NCBI GenBank assembly: GCA_963753595.1
Contig: CAVWCX010000034.1
Coordinates: 32,001 to 96,000, forward strand
Reading direction: 5' to 3'
DNA: 64,000 nt
From: Candidatus Methanoperedenaceae archaeon
Lineage (GTDB): Archaea > Halobacteriota > Methanosarcinia > Methanosarcinales > Methanoperedenaceae
The notes under the pieces were generated by a model. That model saw only the letters and a program-made list of their open reading frames with translations, had not been told where the DNA came from and did no database searches. Of the stretch, positions 45,101-56,452 are shown in pieces. The position numbers and the translations under genes were made by a program. Within the stretch, counting starts at the first letter, position 1; every line of letters starts with the position of its first letter.

Positions 45101-45580
45101 ATGAGAACCAAAAAACTGTTGTCCATACTTATCCTGGCATTAATTTTAGCATTCGCATATTTCAGTTATCAAACTGCACTTAATAATTTTACCTTGAGCG
45201 ATAAGAACAACAGCTATCTTGGTGGCATAAAATTTCACCGCGCAGCAGAAGGACTCGAAGAAAGTTTCCAGATAGCACAGCAGGAAAATAAGCCTGTCAT
45301 GATGTATTTCTGGGCGATCTGGTGCCAGTATTGTGCAAAATTCCAGACAGAAACTCTGGGAAATCCCCAGGTCAAGAAAATCCTTGAGGAAGATTATCTT
45401 CTTGTTGCGATGGACCTCGATATTGACAGGGAAGTCGCCCAAAAATATGGGGTGAGTTACCCCCCATATCTTGTTTTCATGGACCCGAAAGGAAATGTCC
45501 TCGAGAGAGTTCCAGGGGCGGTTGACGCGGATTATCTGCTTCCAATTGTTACCCGGGTAAGAGACCAGGTCAGGAGATAA
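45101..45580 (+). CDS. membrane-anchored thioredoxin-fold protein (CcmG/SoxW-like)
   Basis: N-terminal TM; KPVMMYFWAIWCQYC; YGV..PP. Confidence 0.88.
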   Translation: MRTKKLLSILILALILAFAYFSYQTALNNFTLSDKNNSYLGGIKFHRAAEGLEESFQIAQQENKPVMMYFWAIWCQYCAKFQTETLGNPQVKKILEEDYLLVAMDLDIDREVAQKYGVSYPPYLVFMDPKGNVLERVPGAVDADYLLPIVTRVRDQVRR

Positions 45581-45583
45581 AAC

Positions 45584-47935
45584 ATGATACCATTAGGAGA
45601 CATATTACTTTATGCAAGTCTTGCAATTAGCGTTCTTGCACTTGCTGGATTGCTGTTGAAAGACCGGAAAAATATAGATGTTCTGGACCGGTATGCAACA
45701 CCTGCAATATTACTGGTGGCAGGGCTTCTCACATTCGCTTATCTTCTCCTTACTTATTATTTCGTAACAGGCAACTTTGCCTTTGATTATGTCTGGCAGT
45801 ACTCAAGCAACGACCTTCCTCTTGTTTATAAACTATCCGGTACATGGGCGGGGCAGCCAGGTACATACCTCCTCTGGGTGTGGGTAGTATTCCTGTCAGC
45901 GGGATGGCTTGCATGGACTACAAAACATAATACCTCGCTTGCAAGAAGAACCCAGATAATTACACTTATCACAGGCATATACCTGATAATTCTTACACTG
46001 ATACAGTCGCCATTCAAGTTAATAATCGACAGGCCTGAAGTTGTTAAATTGATTGCAGATGGGACCCTGACACCTGATTTTGTTCCCGAAGTCGGCAATG
46101 GCCTGAATGCTCTTCTTGTCAATTTCTGGATGATCGTGCATCCGCCTTTTATGTTCATTGGATACGCGACAATGACGATACCATTTGCCGCAGCTATTGT
46201 TTACCTGCTTACTAAAGAAGATGGCTGGGAAGAACTTGGCAGGCAGTGGACGCGGTTTACCTGGTTGATCCTTGGAATGGGCATAGCAGTGGGCGGAGTC
46301 TGGGCATACCTTGTGCTTGGATGGGGCGGATTCTGGGCATGGGACCCTGTTGAAACGGCTTCGTTCATACCATGGCTTACACTCACAGGTTTCATGCATG
46401 CAGCAGCCATTCACAGAAAGGACAAAACTACATTTTCAATAGCAGCTCCCATGCTTGCTGCGGTTTCATTCATCCTTGTACTATATGCAGCCATCGTTGT
46501 TCGAAGCGGACTTTTCAATTCAGTCCATGCTTTCGGGGATACATCAACCGGAACCCTTCTCATATTGTCCATAGTAATTACATCGATCGTTTCCATCGTC
46601 CTGGGAATGCGTCGTTACTTTGAAGAGCCTGATAAAGTGGAGGAAGACCGCGGGTTCTGGAACAAGACGAATATTTTCTATGTTTCTCTTCTTATGTTCG
46701 TGGTGCTGGCATTCATATCTTTCTGGGGTATTACATTCCCGGCTTTTATCCAGCTTACGCAGGGTCTTAAAGTGGGAGTGGCCTCAGATACAAAGAATTT
46801 TTTTAACGTCTGGAGTTATCCTTTCACGATCATTCTGTTGATGGCACTTGGTTTCTGTCTGACCTACAATGAAAAGAAAAAGGAAGAACAGAAAAGGACA
46901 TTGTACATGGTAATTGTTTTGACAATTATAACAATGTTCGCCCGGACTGAAAACTTTTATGTACTTGACCATAGCAGTCCCTTCTGGGTAAGGGAGCCGC
47001 CGTTCTATAAATTGATCGGCAATATCTCGGTAATATCTCTTTTCCCATCCATGATATATGCAACATGGGCAATAATAAAACGAAGTATTGACTATTTGCG
47101 GATAAAAAGTTTAAGACCAAAGATAAAAGGGATTGGTATAGCGATAGTTCACTTTGGTGTTATATTCATTCTTTTTGGAGCGGTCATTAGCTCAAATTTC
47201 ACCGAGAAAATCGAGGGGATAAATATACCCCTTTCGGCAAAAGGAGAAAGTGTAAATGTCGGGCATGGTTATGATATTAAGTTAATTGATTTTACAACAC
47301 GCAGCCTCTCCGGCGATGCGCCGGCAGGTGGATTAAAGATATCAGAAATATTCGTAAATCCAGGGGATTATGTAAATAAACCTGTTAAAGTAAGCGGTAA
47401 AGTCAAAGATGTCGCCGTAGTCAAGACTCCACCATCTTTTACTACATATATGGAAATAGATGACGGGTCAGGCAGCCTGTGGGCTGTAGCGCAGGCGGAA
47501 AGTCCCCTGGATATCCGGAAAGGTGAGGAACTTTCCGTGAATGGTTTCATGATGACAAATTTCAGGAGTAACTCAACTGGCAGGACATATGATCTCATCA
47601 TATTCTCAAATCCGGAAGAAATCACCGGTGCGGTTTCCTCAGGCAAATATAAAGTCCAGAGCGTAGAACTTGAAGTTTATAAGGATCAAACGAAAATCGG
47701 AAGCGGAACCGCCGAGTACCTGGAATCAGACGGTGGAAGCGGAACATTCCCGCTTGTAGAGAGCAGCATAACAGGAACGGATGTTTATGTTATTTTCCAG
47801 GGTATTGGCGGCGGAGTGATCCCTCTTACTCTGCGGATCATACCTGCAGTGAATTTTGCATGGATCGGCATAGTACTCTTCGCGATTGGGATAATACTGA
47901 TAATGGCAGTGAAATCAAGACAAAAAGAAGGATAA
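45584..47935 (+). CDS. ccmF: CcmF heme lyase (copy 3) with inserted OB-fold-like domain
   Basis: WAGQPG, GNGLNALL, VHPP, WGGFWAWDPVETASFIPW, RSG..SVHAF; insert KISEI..NP..Y....VKVSGKV...IDDGSGSLWA. Confidence 0.93.
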   Translation: MIPLGDILLYASLAISVLALAGLLLKDRKNIDVLDRYATPAILLVAGLLTFAYLLLTYYFVTGNFAFDYVWQYSSNDLPLVYKLSGTWAGQPGTYLLWVWVVFLSAGWLAWTTKHNTSLARRTQIITLITGIYLIILTLIQSPFKLIIDRPEVVKLIADGTLTPDFVPEVGNGLNALLVNFWMIVHPPFMFIGYATMTIPFAAAIVYLLTKEDGWEELGRQWTRFTWLILGMGIAVGGVWAYLVLGWGGFWAWDPVETASFIPWLTLTGFMHAAAIHRKDKTTFSIAAPMLAAVSFILVLYAAIVVRSGLFNSVHAFGDTSTGTLLILSIVITSIVSIVLGMRRYFEEPDKVEEDRGFWNKTNIFYVSLLMFVVLAFISFWGITFPAFIQLTQGLKVGVASDTKNFFNVWSYPFTIILLMALGFCLTYNEKKKEEQKRTLYMVIVLTIITMFARTENFYVLDHSSPFWVREPPFYKLIGNISVISLFPSMIYATWAIIKRSIDYLRIKSLRPKIKGIGIAIVHFGVIFILFGAVISSNFTEKIEGINIPLSAKGESVNVGHGYDIKLIDFTTRSLSGDAPAGGLKISEIFVNPGDYVNKPVKVSGKVKDVAVVKTPPSFTTYMEIDDGSGSLWAVAQAESPLDIRKGEELSVNGFMMTNFRSNSTGRTYDLIIFSNPEEITGAVSSGKYKVQSVELEVYKDQTKIGSGTAEYLESDGGSGTFPLVESSITGTDVYVIFQGIGGGVIPLTLRIIPAVNFAWIGIVLFAIGIILIMAVKSRQKEG

Positions 47936-47944
47936 ATATCTATT

Positions 47945-48355
47945 TCAAACGTCTGCAGTTTCTTCCGTAGTTTCTTCTGCAGTTTCGCGCAATACCTCAA
48001 ATCCTATATTCTGCTCAAATGAAATATCTATCTCTGGCAATATATCAACATAGTTTACTAATTCATGATATATCTCATGCCTTGGACTTACAATTATTAC
48101 GTGTGCCGGCGGGTGGATCTTTCTAAGCCTTCCTATTGCGACACTTGCCTGGTCCTCAAGAGGAACTATCGCAGCTGACGAACAACACGCTCTTAATGGA
48201 CTTTTCATTATGTGTGTAAGAATGTTATCTGCAAAAGTCGGTTCCAATTTTCTTGCCTGGTCTGAAAAAGTCAAATTTGCATATCTGACAAGGTCATATA
48301 GTGCAATTTTTACTTTCGAGACATCATCTGCTCTGACTACTGCCATTGAGTTCAT
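47945..48355 (-). CDS. DUF356 family protein
   Basis: VRADD..K...AL.DL.RYA...AIGRLRKIHPPAHVIIVS. Confidence 0.8.
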   Translation of the reverse strand: MNSMAVVRADDVSKVKIALYDLVRYANLTFSDQARKLEPTFADNILTHIMKSPLRACCSSAAIVPLEDQASVAIGRLRKIHPPAHVIIVSPRHEIYHELVNYVDILPEIDISFEQNIGFEVLRETAEETTEETADV

Positions 48356-48542
48356 TTTTTCCCCCTTATTTTTAATTTCCATTTTTACTATTATCTAAAT
48401 GGTAGTGGTACTGATATAAATGCTGGTACTAACAAAGACTATTTTCGTGCTACCAGGTGTTAACAATTAAAAACCAAACCATTCAAACTATCTTTGCGGA
48501 CTTTGCGACCTGGTATGAAAAAAATTAACAACTGACTCGTAG

Positions 48543-48574
48543 GAACTGATACGAACTCATGCGCTGGAGTTCGT
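48543..48574. repeat. REP-like palindromic element (GAACTGATACGAACTC...GAGTTCGT)
   Basis: Shares 16 bp exactly with 57239..57254; short hairpin ACGAACTC/GAGTTCGT. Confidence 0.65.
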
Positions 48575-48737
48575 CATATTAAAATATACTCTAACGATAC
48601 ATTGCCTATTAAAATCTTATCTCCAACCATCGGATTATAATCATTTTCCGTCTTTAAAAATGCTTCTGACATCAATTTTACCAAAATATTTATAATTCCA
48701 AACCCCAACTTTAGCACATCATTGAGGTCATAATATA

Positions 48738-49679
48738 ATGCAAAAAATAATAGTAACAGGAGGAGCGGGTTTCATCGGAAGCCATGTGGTTGATAAATTA
48801 CTTTCAGGGGGAAATGAAGTCACAGTTATTGATAACCTGAGTTCCGGGAAAATGGAGTTTCTTGAACATCATATTCATGATAAGAATTTCAAATTCGTTA
48901 AACTCGATATGCTGGAACTTGAAAAACTAACAAACGCCATCAAAGGCGCTGATTTCATATATCATCTTGCGGCAAATCCCGATGTTCGCCTTGGAGCTGA
49001 AAATACAAAAGTCCATCTTGAGCAGAACATAATCGTTACTTATAACCTGCTTGAAGCGATGCGGATGAACAGGCAGCAAAATATTATTTTTACATCCACA
49101 TCCACCGTATATGGCGAGGCTTCAATTATACCAACACCTGAAAATTACGGGCCGCTTATCCCGATATCATTATACGGCGCCTCAAAACTTGCCTGTGAAG
49201 CGCTCATCACTTCATATTGCCATACATTTGATATGAGGTCATGGATATTCCGTTTTGCAAATATCGTGGGCGAGCGGGGAACCCACGGGATAATAATAGA
49301 TTTTATTAACAAGCTCAGGAAAGATCCCGAAACTCTTGAGATCCTGGGAGACGGGCAGCAGCGAAAATCTTATATCCATGTTTCTGATTGTGTAGATGCT
49401 ATTTTATTCGTAGTAGAGAACAGCCATGAAATGGCAAATATATTCAATATCGGTTCAAATGATACAATAAATTCAACCGAAATTGGCGAGTTGATCGTTA
49501 AAGAAATGAGATTAAAAAATGTTAAATTCACATATACAGGCGGAAAGCGCGGCTGGAAAGGAGATGTGCCAAAAATGCTTCTATCCATCGAAAAATTACA
49601 GCAGCTGGGCTGGAAACCTAACAATAATTCCAAAAGCAGCATAAGCGCCGCGACAAAAAGTACTTTAGGAAAAATATAA
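48738..49679 (+). CDS. NAD-dependent epimerase/dehydratase (UDP-glucose 4-epimerase-like)
   Basis: VTGGAGFIGSH, HLAA, STSTVYG, YGASK. Confidence 0.92.
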   Translation: MQKIIVTGGAGFIGSHVVDKLLSGGNEVTVIDNLSSGKMEFLEHHIHDKNFKFVKLDMLELEKLTNAIKGADFIYHLAANPDVRLGAENTKVHLEQNIIVTYNLLEAMRMNRQQNIIFTSTSTVYGEASIIPTPENYGPLIPISLYGASKLACEALITSYCHTFDMRSWIFRFANIVGERGTHGIIIDFINKLRKDPETLEILGDGQQRKSYIHVSDCVDAILFVVENSHEMANIFNIGSNDTINSTEIGELIVKEMRLKNVKFTYTGGKRGWKGDVPKMLLSIEKLQQLGWKPNNNSKSSISAATKSTLGKI

Positions 49680-50725
49680 TGGCAACTTTATTCTGTCCAA
49701 AATGCGGTAAAGATACAGATGTCTTTTTTGAAAACATATGCCTGGAGTGCTTCACAGGGAACAGGACACTGATCGCGTGCCCCGCAGTTATTTATTCGCG
49801 CATCTGCCGGACTTGCGGTTCCGTGTTCAAGAAAGGTAGATGGTCATCAAGGGAAGATGAGGAAAAGACCGTCCGGGAATGTGTAAATGAGTCCCTGAAG
49901 ATAGATGATGAAGCCGATGACCTGAAATTGACAATAACGCCAAAATTTCTTGATTACTCAAGATACAGGGCCCATGTAGATGCAAGCGCTAAAATCAAGG
50001 ATGCGCCAATTGAATGTTCACTTGATACCGAATTGAGGATCAGCTGGGAGACCTGCGATACTTGCAGCCGGATGTCCGGGGGTTATTTTGAGGGAATTGT
50101 CCAGGTACGTGCGGATAAACGCCTACCGACAAGTGAAGAACTTAAAAGATCAACCCAGATCGCCCAGGCTGTTGCGGGGCGCTCGCGGGAAAAGGGTGAC
50201 AGGCTTGCATTTATTTCACAAACTCTTGATCTTGAAGAGGGTATTGATTTTTATGTGGGGTCAATGAAGCTTGGAAAGCAGATATGCAGGGCGATCATAG
50301 AAGTTTTCGGGGGGAAATTCCTGGAATTTCCCAAGCTTGTGGGACAGAAGAACGGGGTGGACCTATACAGGATCACGTTCGCCCTTCGGCTCCCGGAATT
50401 CGTCAAGGGGGACATTATAAGCGTCGGTGATAAAGTCATTGAGGTCCAGAACTGCGGAAAGCATGTGAGCGGCCTTGACCTTGAAACAGGAAAAAGGTTC
50501 ATGGAAAATTTCAATGACCTGATAGACGTTAAGAAATTAAGCAGGAGACTGGATGCAGTTCCCGCAGTACTCGTTGCTGATGAAGGAAGAACGATACAGG
50601 TCATGGACCCAGAAACTTATGTGTCGGTTACCATAAAAAGGCCGGAATTCCTGAGCGTGGAGCCTGGAAATGAGATTAATATCGTTAAAACTGCGAAAGG
50701 GATTTTTGTGGTGCCTGGGGTTTAG
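49679..50725 (+). CDS. NMD3 family ribosome-biogenesis protein
   Basis: FCPKCG, CLEC, CRTC, CDTCSR..GGYFEGIVQVR, GIDFYVGS. Confidence 0.9.
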   Translation: MATLFCPKCGKDTDVFFENICLECFTGNRTLIACPAVIYSRICRTCGSVFKKGRWSSREDEEKTVRECVNESLKIDDEADDLKLTITPKFLDYSRYRAHVDASAKIKDAPIECSLDTELRISWETCDTCSRMSGGYFEGIVQVRADKRLPTSEELKRSTQIAQAVAGRSREKGDRLAFISQTLDLEEGIDFYVGSMKLGKQICRAIIEVFGGKFLEFPKLVGQKNGVDLYRITFALRLPEFVKGDIISVGDKVIEVQNCGKHVSGLDLETGKRFMENFNDLIDVKKLSRRLDAVPAVLVADEGRTIQVMDPETYVSVTIKRPEFLSVEPGNEINIVKTAKGIFVVPGV

Positions 50726-50830
50726 CTTAGATTATTTTTGAGGCAACTCTGAGTGAATAATAACCGTCAAATATATATTACATGAGCATTATGGTTATCT
50801 CTCGGTATTAATAAAAAATAGGGGTAAATT

Positions 50831-51001
50831 ATGTCGAAAATTTCACATGTAGTAATTGAAAACGTCTTGTATGATGTAAGTAAACTTCCAATACCTACTC
50901 TAGAAGAATTCATAGTGGATGTCACAAAAGCTGAGTTAGATAAAGTACTGAAGAATCCTAGATATAAAGAGATTATAAAAGGTAAAAAAATTACAAAATA
51001 A
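50831..51001 (+). CDS. 56-aa AT-rich hypothetical ORF (not in ORF track)
   Basis: MSKISHVVIENVLYDVSKLP...; AGGGGT upstream and a TATA-like element near 50770. Confidence 0.45.
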   Translation: MSKISHVVIENVLYDVSKLPIPTLEEFIVDVTKAELDKVLKNPRYKEIIKGKKITK

Positions 51002-51020
51002 CCGCCATATTAAGATTCAA

Positions 51021-52307
51021 TCATTTCTCTTTTTTTAAAGTTTTTTTCCCCATAACATCTCTCATGATCTTGATCGAGCACAATTCCCCGCACATGCTGC
51101 ATGTGTCAACATTCTTGCTTCTTGCATGTATCGCTTTTGCCTTATCAGGATCTATGGCATTCCTGAACTGCCCGTTCCAGTCAAGATCGCGCCGCGCCAG
51201 CGCCATCTCGCGGTCATGGGCGCGCGCCCGATCCCTCACTCCTTCCTTTGTGAGGTCGGCGGCATGCGCCGCAATTCTTGTGACGATGGTTCCTTCTTTA
51301 ATATCATCAACACTTGGGAGAGCCAGATGTTCGGCAGGCGTGGTCATGCATAGGTAATCTGCGCCGTGCATTCCAGCGACTGTTCCGCCGATAGCGGCGG
51401 TAATGTGGTCATATCCCGGCGCGATATCAGTGACAAGAGGACCAAGAAGATAAATGGGCGCATTTCCGGTAAGGTGCTTCATAGCCGTAACTGAAAGTCC
51501 GATCTCATCAACAGGAACATGTCCCGGGCCTTCAACAATGGTCTGTACGCCCGCTGCCCGTGCTCTTTTAACGAGTTCGCCAAGGATTATGAATTCCTCG
51601 AATTTTGCCCTGTCCGAAGCATCGTTTATACAGCCCGGGCGCATGCCATCGCCAAGGCTTATGGTCAATTCATATTCCCTGGCAATTTCAAGCAAATAAT
51701 CATATTCAGAATAAAATGGGTTTTCCATATTATTATGTTTCATCCAGGATATTGTAAAAGCGCCTCCTCGGCTCACGACATCAAGTATCCGGCCACTGTT
51801 TTTCAGGCGCTCAAATGAGGACAATGTCACACCGGCATGGATCGTGACAAAATCTATCCCGTCTTCGGCATGTTTCCTGACCGCATTGAACATGTCATCA
51901 GAAGTCATATTCTCAATACTTTCACCCGCAGCCTGGTATATCGGGACCGAACCCACAGGAACGCTCACCGAATCCATAATTCGCCTGCGTATAAGATCAA
52001 GGTCTCCGCCTGTAGATAAGTCCATTATGGTATCGGCGCCGTATTTTTCTGCTGTCAAAGCCTTTTCAACTTCAGCTTCGAGATCAACATTATCCCTCGA
52101 TGTACCCACATTAGCGTTGATCTTTGTCCGCATCATTTTACCTATGCCAATTGGTTGCGATCGGCTCTTCAAATTCCTGGGAATGACAATTAATCCCTGC
52201 GCAAGGAGTTTTCTTACGGTCTGGGGATCAATACCTTCTTTTACCGCTACGCTTTTAATCTCTTTTGTTACTATCCCGGAGTGTGCCATTTCCATTAAAG
52301 TTGTCAT
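51021..52307 (-). CDS. thiC: phosphomethylpyrimidine synthase ThiC (or BzaA/B-like paralog)
   Basis: [40 protein letters not shown]. Confidence 0.92.
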   Translation of the reverse strand: MTTLMEMAHSGIVTKEIKSVAVKEGIDPQTVRKLLAQGLIVIPRNLKSRSQPIGIGKMMRTKINANVGTSRDNVDLEAEVEKALTAEKYGADTIMDLSTGGDLDLIRRRIMDSVSVPVGSVPIYQAAGESIENMTSDDMFNAVRKHAEDGIDFVTIHAGVTLSSFERLKNSGRILDVVSRGGAFTISWMKHNNMENPFYSEYDYLLEIAREYELTISLGDGMRPGCINDASDRAKFEEFIILGELVKRARAAGVQTIVEGPGHVPVDEIGLSVTAMKHLTGNAPIYLLGPLVTDIAPGYDHITAAIGGTVAGMHGADYLCMTTPAEHLALPSVDDIKEGTIVTRIAAHAADLTKEGVRDRARAHDREMALARRDLDWNGQFRNAIDPDKAKAIHARSKNVDTCSMCGELCSIKIMRDVMGKKTLKKEK

Positions 52308-54136
52308 TTCTTCCTCGATCCGAACATTTTGCGATAAATACTTGGTTCGTGTTTTCCCTTTTTTCGTTCTATCTGCTCTTTGATCTCTTCATGCTGTTGG
52401 GGCTCTTGGAGTTGTTCGGTCTTTTTCGTTTCTATTTTTGTTTCGATAATTGTTTTAGCTTTATTAATTATAGCCTTTGGGGATTCGATAATATTCCTTG
52501 CATTATCAATTATCTTCCTAGAATTTGTCTTTGAATTATCAATACTGCTTTGAGAATCATTAATAGGTCTTACAATATCCGTGATTTTTAAATCAATAAT
52601 TGGTTTCGGTTTATCATCAATTCCAGTCGATACAACTCTTGTCCCAGGAGTCTGGTCAAGGGGATCTTTGACTACAGGAACACTTGCCCCGCCGTGTTTG
52701 CTTTTTCGTGTTCTTATGTCAACAAGAATGGGGCGCTCGATGTAAGTGCTTACGATCATCGCCACACCCGGAGAAAGACTTTTGATATCATCTTCAACAT
52801 CCGAACCTATGCCTTCAAGCCCTTTGCTGATGGCTTTCAGGTCATTGGGATTTGTCACTTTCATTATGATCTGGGTATTGCATTGCGAAAGTATGTTCTT
52901 ATCAACACGTGCCGGACGCTGCGAAACGACCATGAGCCCAAGCCCGAATTTCCTGCCTTCGGAAGCGATCGTTCGAAGGATATCGGTGCTGACAGTTCTT
53001 TCAAAACCTTTTTCAGGGCAGAAATTATGCGCTTCTTCAATTACAAGCATGCACGGAGGTACAGTATTTAGTTTCCTGGCATCGAAAATATCAGCGGCCA
53101 GTTTCGCCACGATCATGGCCTGGAGGTCTGGATTAACGCCCTTCATATCGATTATCGAAGCCCTTGCATCCTGCACAAGCTCGTTTATGGTAGTTGCCTT
53201 ATCTGCAAGAATCCCTGTTTCACGAAGCGTTTCAAGCTTATTGATAACATTCCATTTGGCTTTGCTCTTATTCTGTCCTACTTCAAATATTATATCATCA
53301 ATAGTATAATTCTGTTTTTCAACTTTAAGTTTTGAGACCGCCTCGAATAATATTCCTGTCTCGTTCTGTGACCTTTCATCAGAGAAAAACTGCGATAATT
53401 CCTTTATACTGAGATTAATGCCATTTAACCTGAAAAGAGAATCCGCGCCAGGATTGAGTACCTTATTCGCCGGAGTATAAACGGTTACCTGCGCTGCATA
53501 CCCTTTTGGCGTTATCCCGTACCTTTCAAAAGATGAAGGTTTATCATCATTGGGTAGTTTCAGGGTCGCATATTCCCCGTGAGGGTCGATGATCAGAAGT
53601 GGAACTCCCTTATCAAGAAGTTCTTCAAGAATTACGCCTCCGGTATAGGATTTTCCCGCTCCTGTTTTTGCAAGGATGCTGCAGTGCTTCTGCACAAGGT
53701 TATTTGCATCAAGGTTTACACGAACGGTTTGCCCGTCAAGAAGCCCGATATAGACATCACCGCGCATAAGTCCAAGAGTCTGTTTTATCAGGACATCATC
53801 CGCCTTGAAGATCTTATCACCTGGACTGAAAGGTGATTTGGGAACTCGAAGTACACCATCTTTATCCCGCACACCAATTACGGTAGCATCAGCGATAATA
53901 TGTTCATCCATATCGCCTATTTTTGATGTACCTTCAGCCGCGTCCACAGCTTCTTCTACTGAGAAATCTTCGCTTGAACTTGTTATCGTTGATACCTGTG
54001 CAAGCGCCCAGCCGTCAGATTCATGCCAGACCTTGATATAGTCCGATCTCCGTGTTGCCAGGCTGTCAGAAACAGCAAACCGAAAGCTTGTTGAACTTGT
54101 CTTTCCGAATATTACGCCGATTGAGTCCTTCGCCAT
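52304..54136 (-). CDS. HerA-like (DUF87) ATPase with HAS barrel and low-complexity tail
   Basis: [32 protein letters not shown]. Confidence 0.88.
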   Translation of the reverse strand: MAKDSIGVIFGKTSSTSFRFAVSDSLATRRSDYIKVWHESDGWALAQVSTITSSSEDFSVEEAVDAAEGTSKIGDMDEHIIADATVIGVRDKDGVLRVPKSPFSPGDKIFKADDVLIKQTLGLMRGDVYIGLLDGQTVRVNLDANNLVQKHCSILAKTGAGKSYTGGVILEELLDKGVPLLIIDPHGEYATLKLPNDDKPSSFERYGITPKGYAAQVTVYTPANKVLNPGADSLFRLNGINLSIKELSQFFSDERSQNETGILFEAVSKLKVEKQNYTIDDIIFEVGQNKSKAKWNVINKLETLRETGILADKATTINELVQDARASIIDMKGVNPDLQAMIVAKLAADIFDARKLNTVPPCMLVIEEAHNFCPEKGFERTVSTDILRTIASEGRKFGLGLMVVSQRPARVDKNILSQCNTQIIMKVTNPNDLKAISKGLEGIGSDVEDDIKSLSPGVAMIVSTYIERPILVDIRTRKSKHGGASVPVVKDPLDQTPGTRVVSTGIDDKPKPIIDLKITDIVRPINDSQSSIDNSKTNSRKIIDNARNIIESPKAIINKAKTIIETKIETKKTEQLQEPQQHEEIKEQIERKKGKHEPSIYRKMFGSRKK

Positions 54137-54195
54137 TGTGTACCAGAATTAATTCAATAATGTATGAGGCTTTCGATAATGACATTTTTTAAAGC

Positions 54196-54549
54196 TTATA
54201 TTGCAACCGCAGAAACCGCTGCAGGCGCTGGTACAGGTATCCTTATGTCCATACTCTCATGATTTACAGGTAAACGAATGACCAGCAAAATATAGGTCAG
54301 CTCTTTACCACGATAAATACTCATCCCCGCAGATTCTATTCTCGATAAGGCATCTTTTGTTATATCGTTTTCTGATAATTCGCTCAATATCCTGGAAGCG
54401 TCCATAATTTCAATTGCTACTATCTTATTATCAGAAGAAAAATCTATTACAAAATTTTCAATTTGCAGGCTGTCCTTGACCTTGTCACCCATATATAAAT
54501 ACAAAATATCATTTTCAGTATCAAAATCTATTTTTGCATTTTTAACCAT
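54196..54549 (-). CDS. DUF2283 family protein (putative antitoxin)
   Basis: IDFDTENDILYL...IDFSSDNKIVAIEIMDAS. Confidence 0.8.
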   Translation of the reverse strand: MVKNAKIDFDTENDILYLYMGDKVKDSLQIENFVIDFSSDNKIVAIEIMDASRILSELSENDITKDALSRIESAGMSIYRGKELTYILLVIRLPVNHESMDIRIPVPAPAAVSAVAI

Positions 54550-54851
54550 TTATCTAGCACCTTTCTTTTCTTCTTGCTTTGTATATGCGCAGTCACTACA
54601 TTTAAATCTTCTTTCACAGAAATTACAATTTTAAGATCATATTTATTAGATTTATTAAATATAAGTGCATACTTTTGTCCATCAGCCTCTTTTCCCTGAT
54701 ATTCAAATTGTACAATATTTTCAGGATTTATCAAATAAGATCGTATTTCTTCTTCTGTTATTCCTCTAATTTTAGCTTTTTCCTGAAAGTGTTTGCTGAA
54801 TGTGATTTTTTTGATTGATTTAATTTTTTCTTTTAAATCATCAATTTTCAT
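54528..54851 (-). CDS. DUF4258/RelE-like protein (putative toxin)
   Basis: FSKHFQEKAKIRGITEEEI...P...LKIVI...VVTAH; overlaps the DUF2283 gene. Confidence 0.72.
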   Translation of the reverse strand: MKIDDLKEKIKSIKKITFSKHFQEKAKIRGITEEEIRSYLINPENIVQFEYQGKEADGQKYALIFNKSNKYDLKIVISVKEDLNVVTAHIQSKKKRKVLDKWLKMQK

Positions 54852-54879
54852 GGCAATAATGAAAACAAATTATAGTTGC

Positions 54880-56388
54880 TCACATGAACTTTATGCCTTT
54901 TGGCATCTCGCCGACTTTCTCCCTGAAAACCTCAGGCCAATCCTTCGGTTCATACCCTTTCTGGGCAAAGAACGTGCTTGCCCATCTCTCCAGGCCAATG
55001 CCTGAACAGCCGCTCCATACGTCTTTTCCCGATTGCAGTTTCACATTGAAGCCTTTAGGATACTTATCCCCGTTGACGCTAAGGTTCTGGAACTCAAGAT
55101 ATTCCCCATCCTTCCCGCGGTAAGGAAGCGGCGCCTCAAAGTCAATTGTTCCCACACCTGTCTGGCCGGCAAGACCTGTGAGCCCTTCCTGTGCCATGAA
55201 CCAGGGTGTTACCCATGCCATTCTCCATTCAAGTTCCAGGATATCGTTGAAAACATGTTTATAGCACTCCTGCATCTGCTTTGAATGTTCAAGAACCTGT
55301 TCGGGTGTGCCTATGAACAGGAGTTCGATCCTGTGGAATTCATCTACTCTTTCCATACCATGTATGCCGCCGCTCTCGTACCTGTGCGATGTGCCTGAGC
55401 GGTCAAACACCTTTACCGGGAAAGATTCATCCGAAACCGTTTTTCCCTGTAAGAATGGCCAGAACGAGGGGCACTGGGCATAGCACATGCCGCCGAGAGG
55501 CTTGTCGATCTTCTCGGCTATAAGGTCAATTGGGACTTCCAGTGTGACTTTGTAATTATCTATAACTTCTTCCCAGAATGCCGGGTCTCTTGTTTTAGGA
55601 GGGCACACGTAGTAGATTTCAGGATATACGCCTTTTGCGTGTCCAGAATGTTTCCACACGTCCCAGGGAACAAGCTTGGGGAAGATCATTTCAACGTAGC
55701 CAAGGGGTTTTATTACTTCTTCAAGTACTATCTGTTCGAAAGTCCGGAATATCCGGGTCATCTGGGGGCCATGTATCCACTGCCCGCGGCCTGCGGCACG
55801 CTTTATCCAGCCGCGCTTTTCCGCTTCAACCGTGGGGTCGCCCTTGAATGTCATCTCCTGTTTAGGACCTTCCCAGAGAAGGCTCCAGTGTTCTGTTTTT
55901 CCACCAAAGCTTTGCGCTGCTATTTTGTCCTCAATGAGTGATATTATCCTGTCCGGGATCTTATTCTCAAGCTGCGTTTCACCCACCTCAAGTGAAAGAG
56001 TGATCATCCCGTCCTCAAATTCAATTGATTTTACAAAAGGTATTTTTTGCTGGTGCAAAGGCTGTTCTGATGGCATTTTTACAATGAACTCTTCAACTTC
56101 AACCCCTCTTACCCCTATCTTATATGCTTTGCCAATTACGCCTGCAAGAGGCTTCCTGAGCCTTATGAATGCGTCGTGGGCACGCAGGTACCTGTCTGAT
56201 TCGATATCAAAAAATATACTGTTTTCGCGTATTTCCCAGTTCAGGATCTTAGCGCCCCTTCCGGCCGGAACACCCTTCTGGAGAATAGTTGCTTTTGATT
56301 CTTCAATGAATTTTTCAATTTCTGCACTTGCAGCTTTTATATCGGCGCTTGTTTTGTAGCTGCCTTTTAAGTGAAAGTAAGGTTCCAT
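54880..56388 (-). CDS. serS: seryl-tRNA synthetase, methanogen type (SerRS2)
   Basis: RAHDA..RLRK N-domain, [40 protein letters not shown]. Confidence 0.95.
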   Translation of the reverse strand: MEPYFHLKGSYKTSADIKAASAEIEKFIEESKATILQKGVPAGRGAKILNWEIRENSIFFDIESDRYLRAHDAFIRLRKPLAGVIGKAYKIGVRGVEVEEFIVKMPSEQPLHQQKIPFVKSIEFEDGMITLSLEVGETQLENKIPDRIISLIEDKIAAQSFGGKTEHWSLLWEGPKQEMTFKGDPTVEAEKRGWIKRAAGRGQWIHGPQMTRIFRTFEQIVLEEVIKPLGYVEMIFPKLVPWDVWKHSGHAKGVYPEIYYVCPPKTRDPAFWEEVIDNYKVTLEVPIDLIAEKIDKPLGGMCYAQCPSFWPFLQGKTVSDESFPVKVFDRSGTSHRYESGGIHGMERVDEFHRIELLFIGTPEQVLEHSKQMQECYKHVFNDILELEWRMAWVTPWFMAQEGLTGLAGQTGVGTIDFEAPLPYRGKDGEYLEFQNLSVNGDKYPKGFNVKLQSGKDVWSGCSGIGLERWASTFFAQKGYEPKDWPEVFREKVGEMPKGIKFM

Positions 56389-56452
56389 AGTTTCAGTCCC
56401 ATAAATTATTGATATGAAGATATTGATTTCGATTTATCGGTTCTTATACGAT

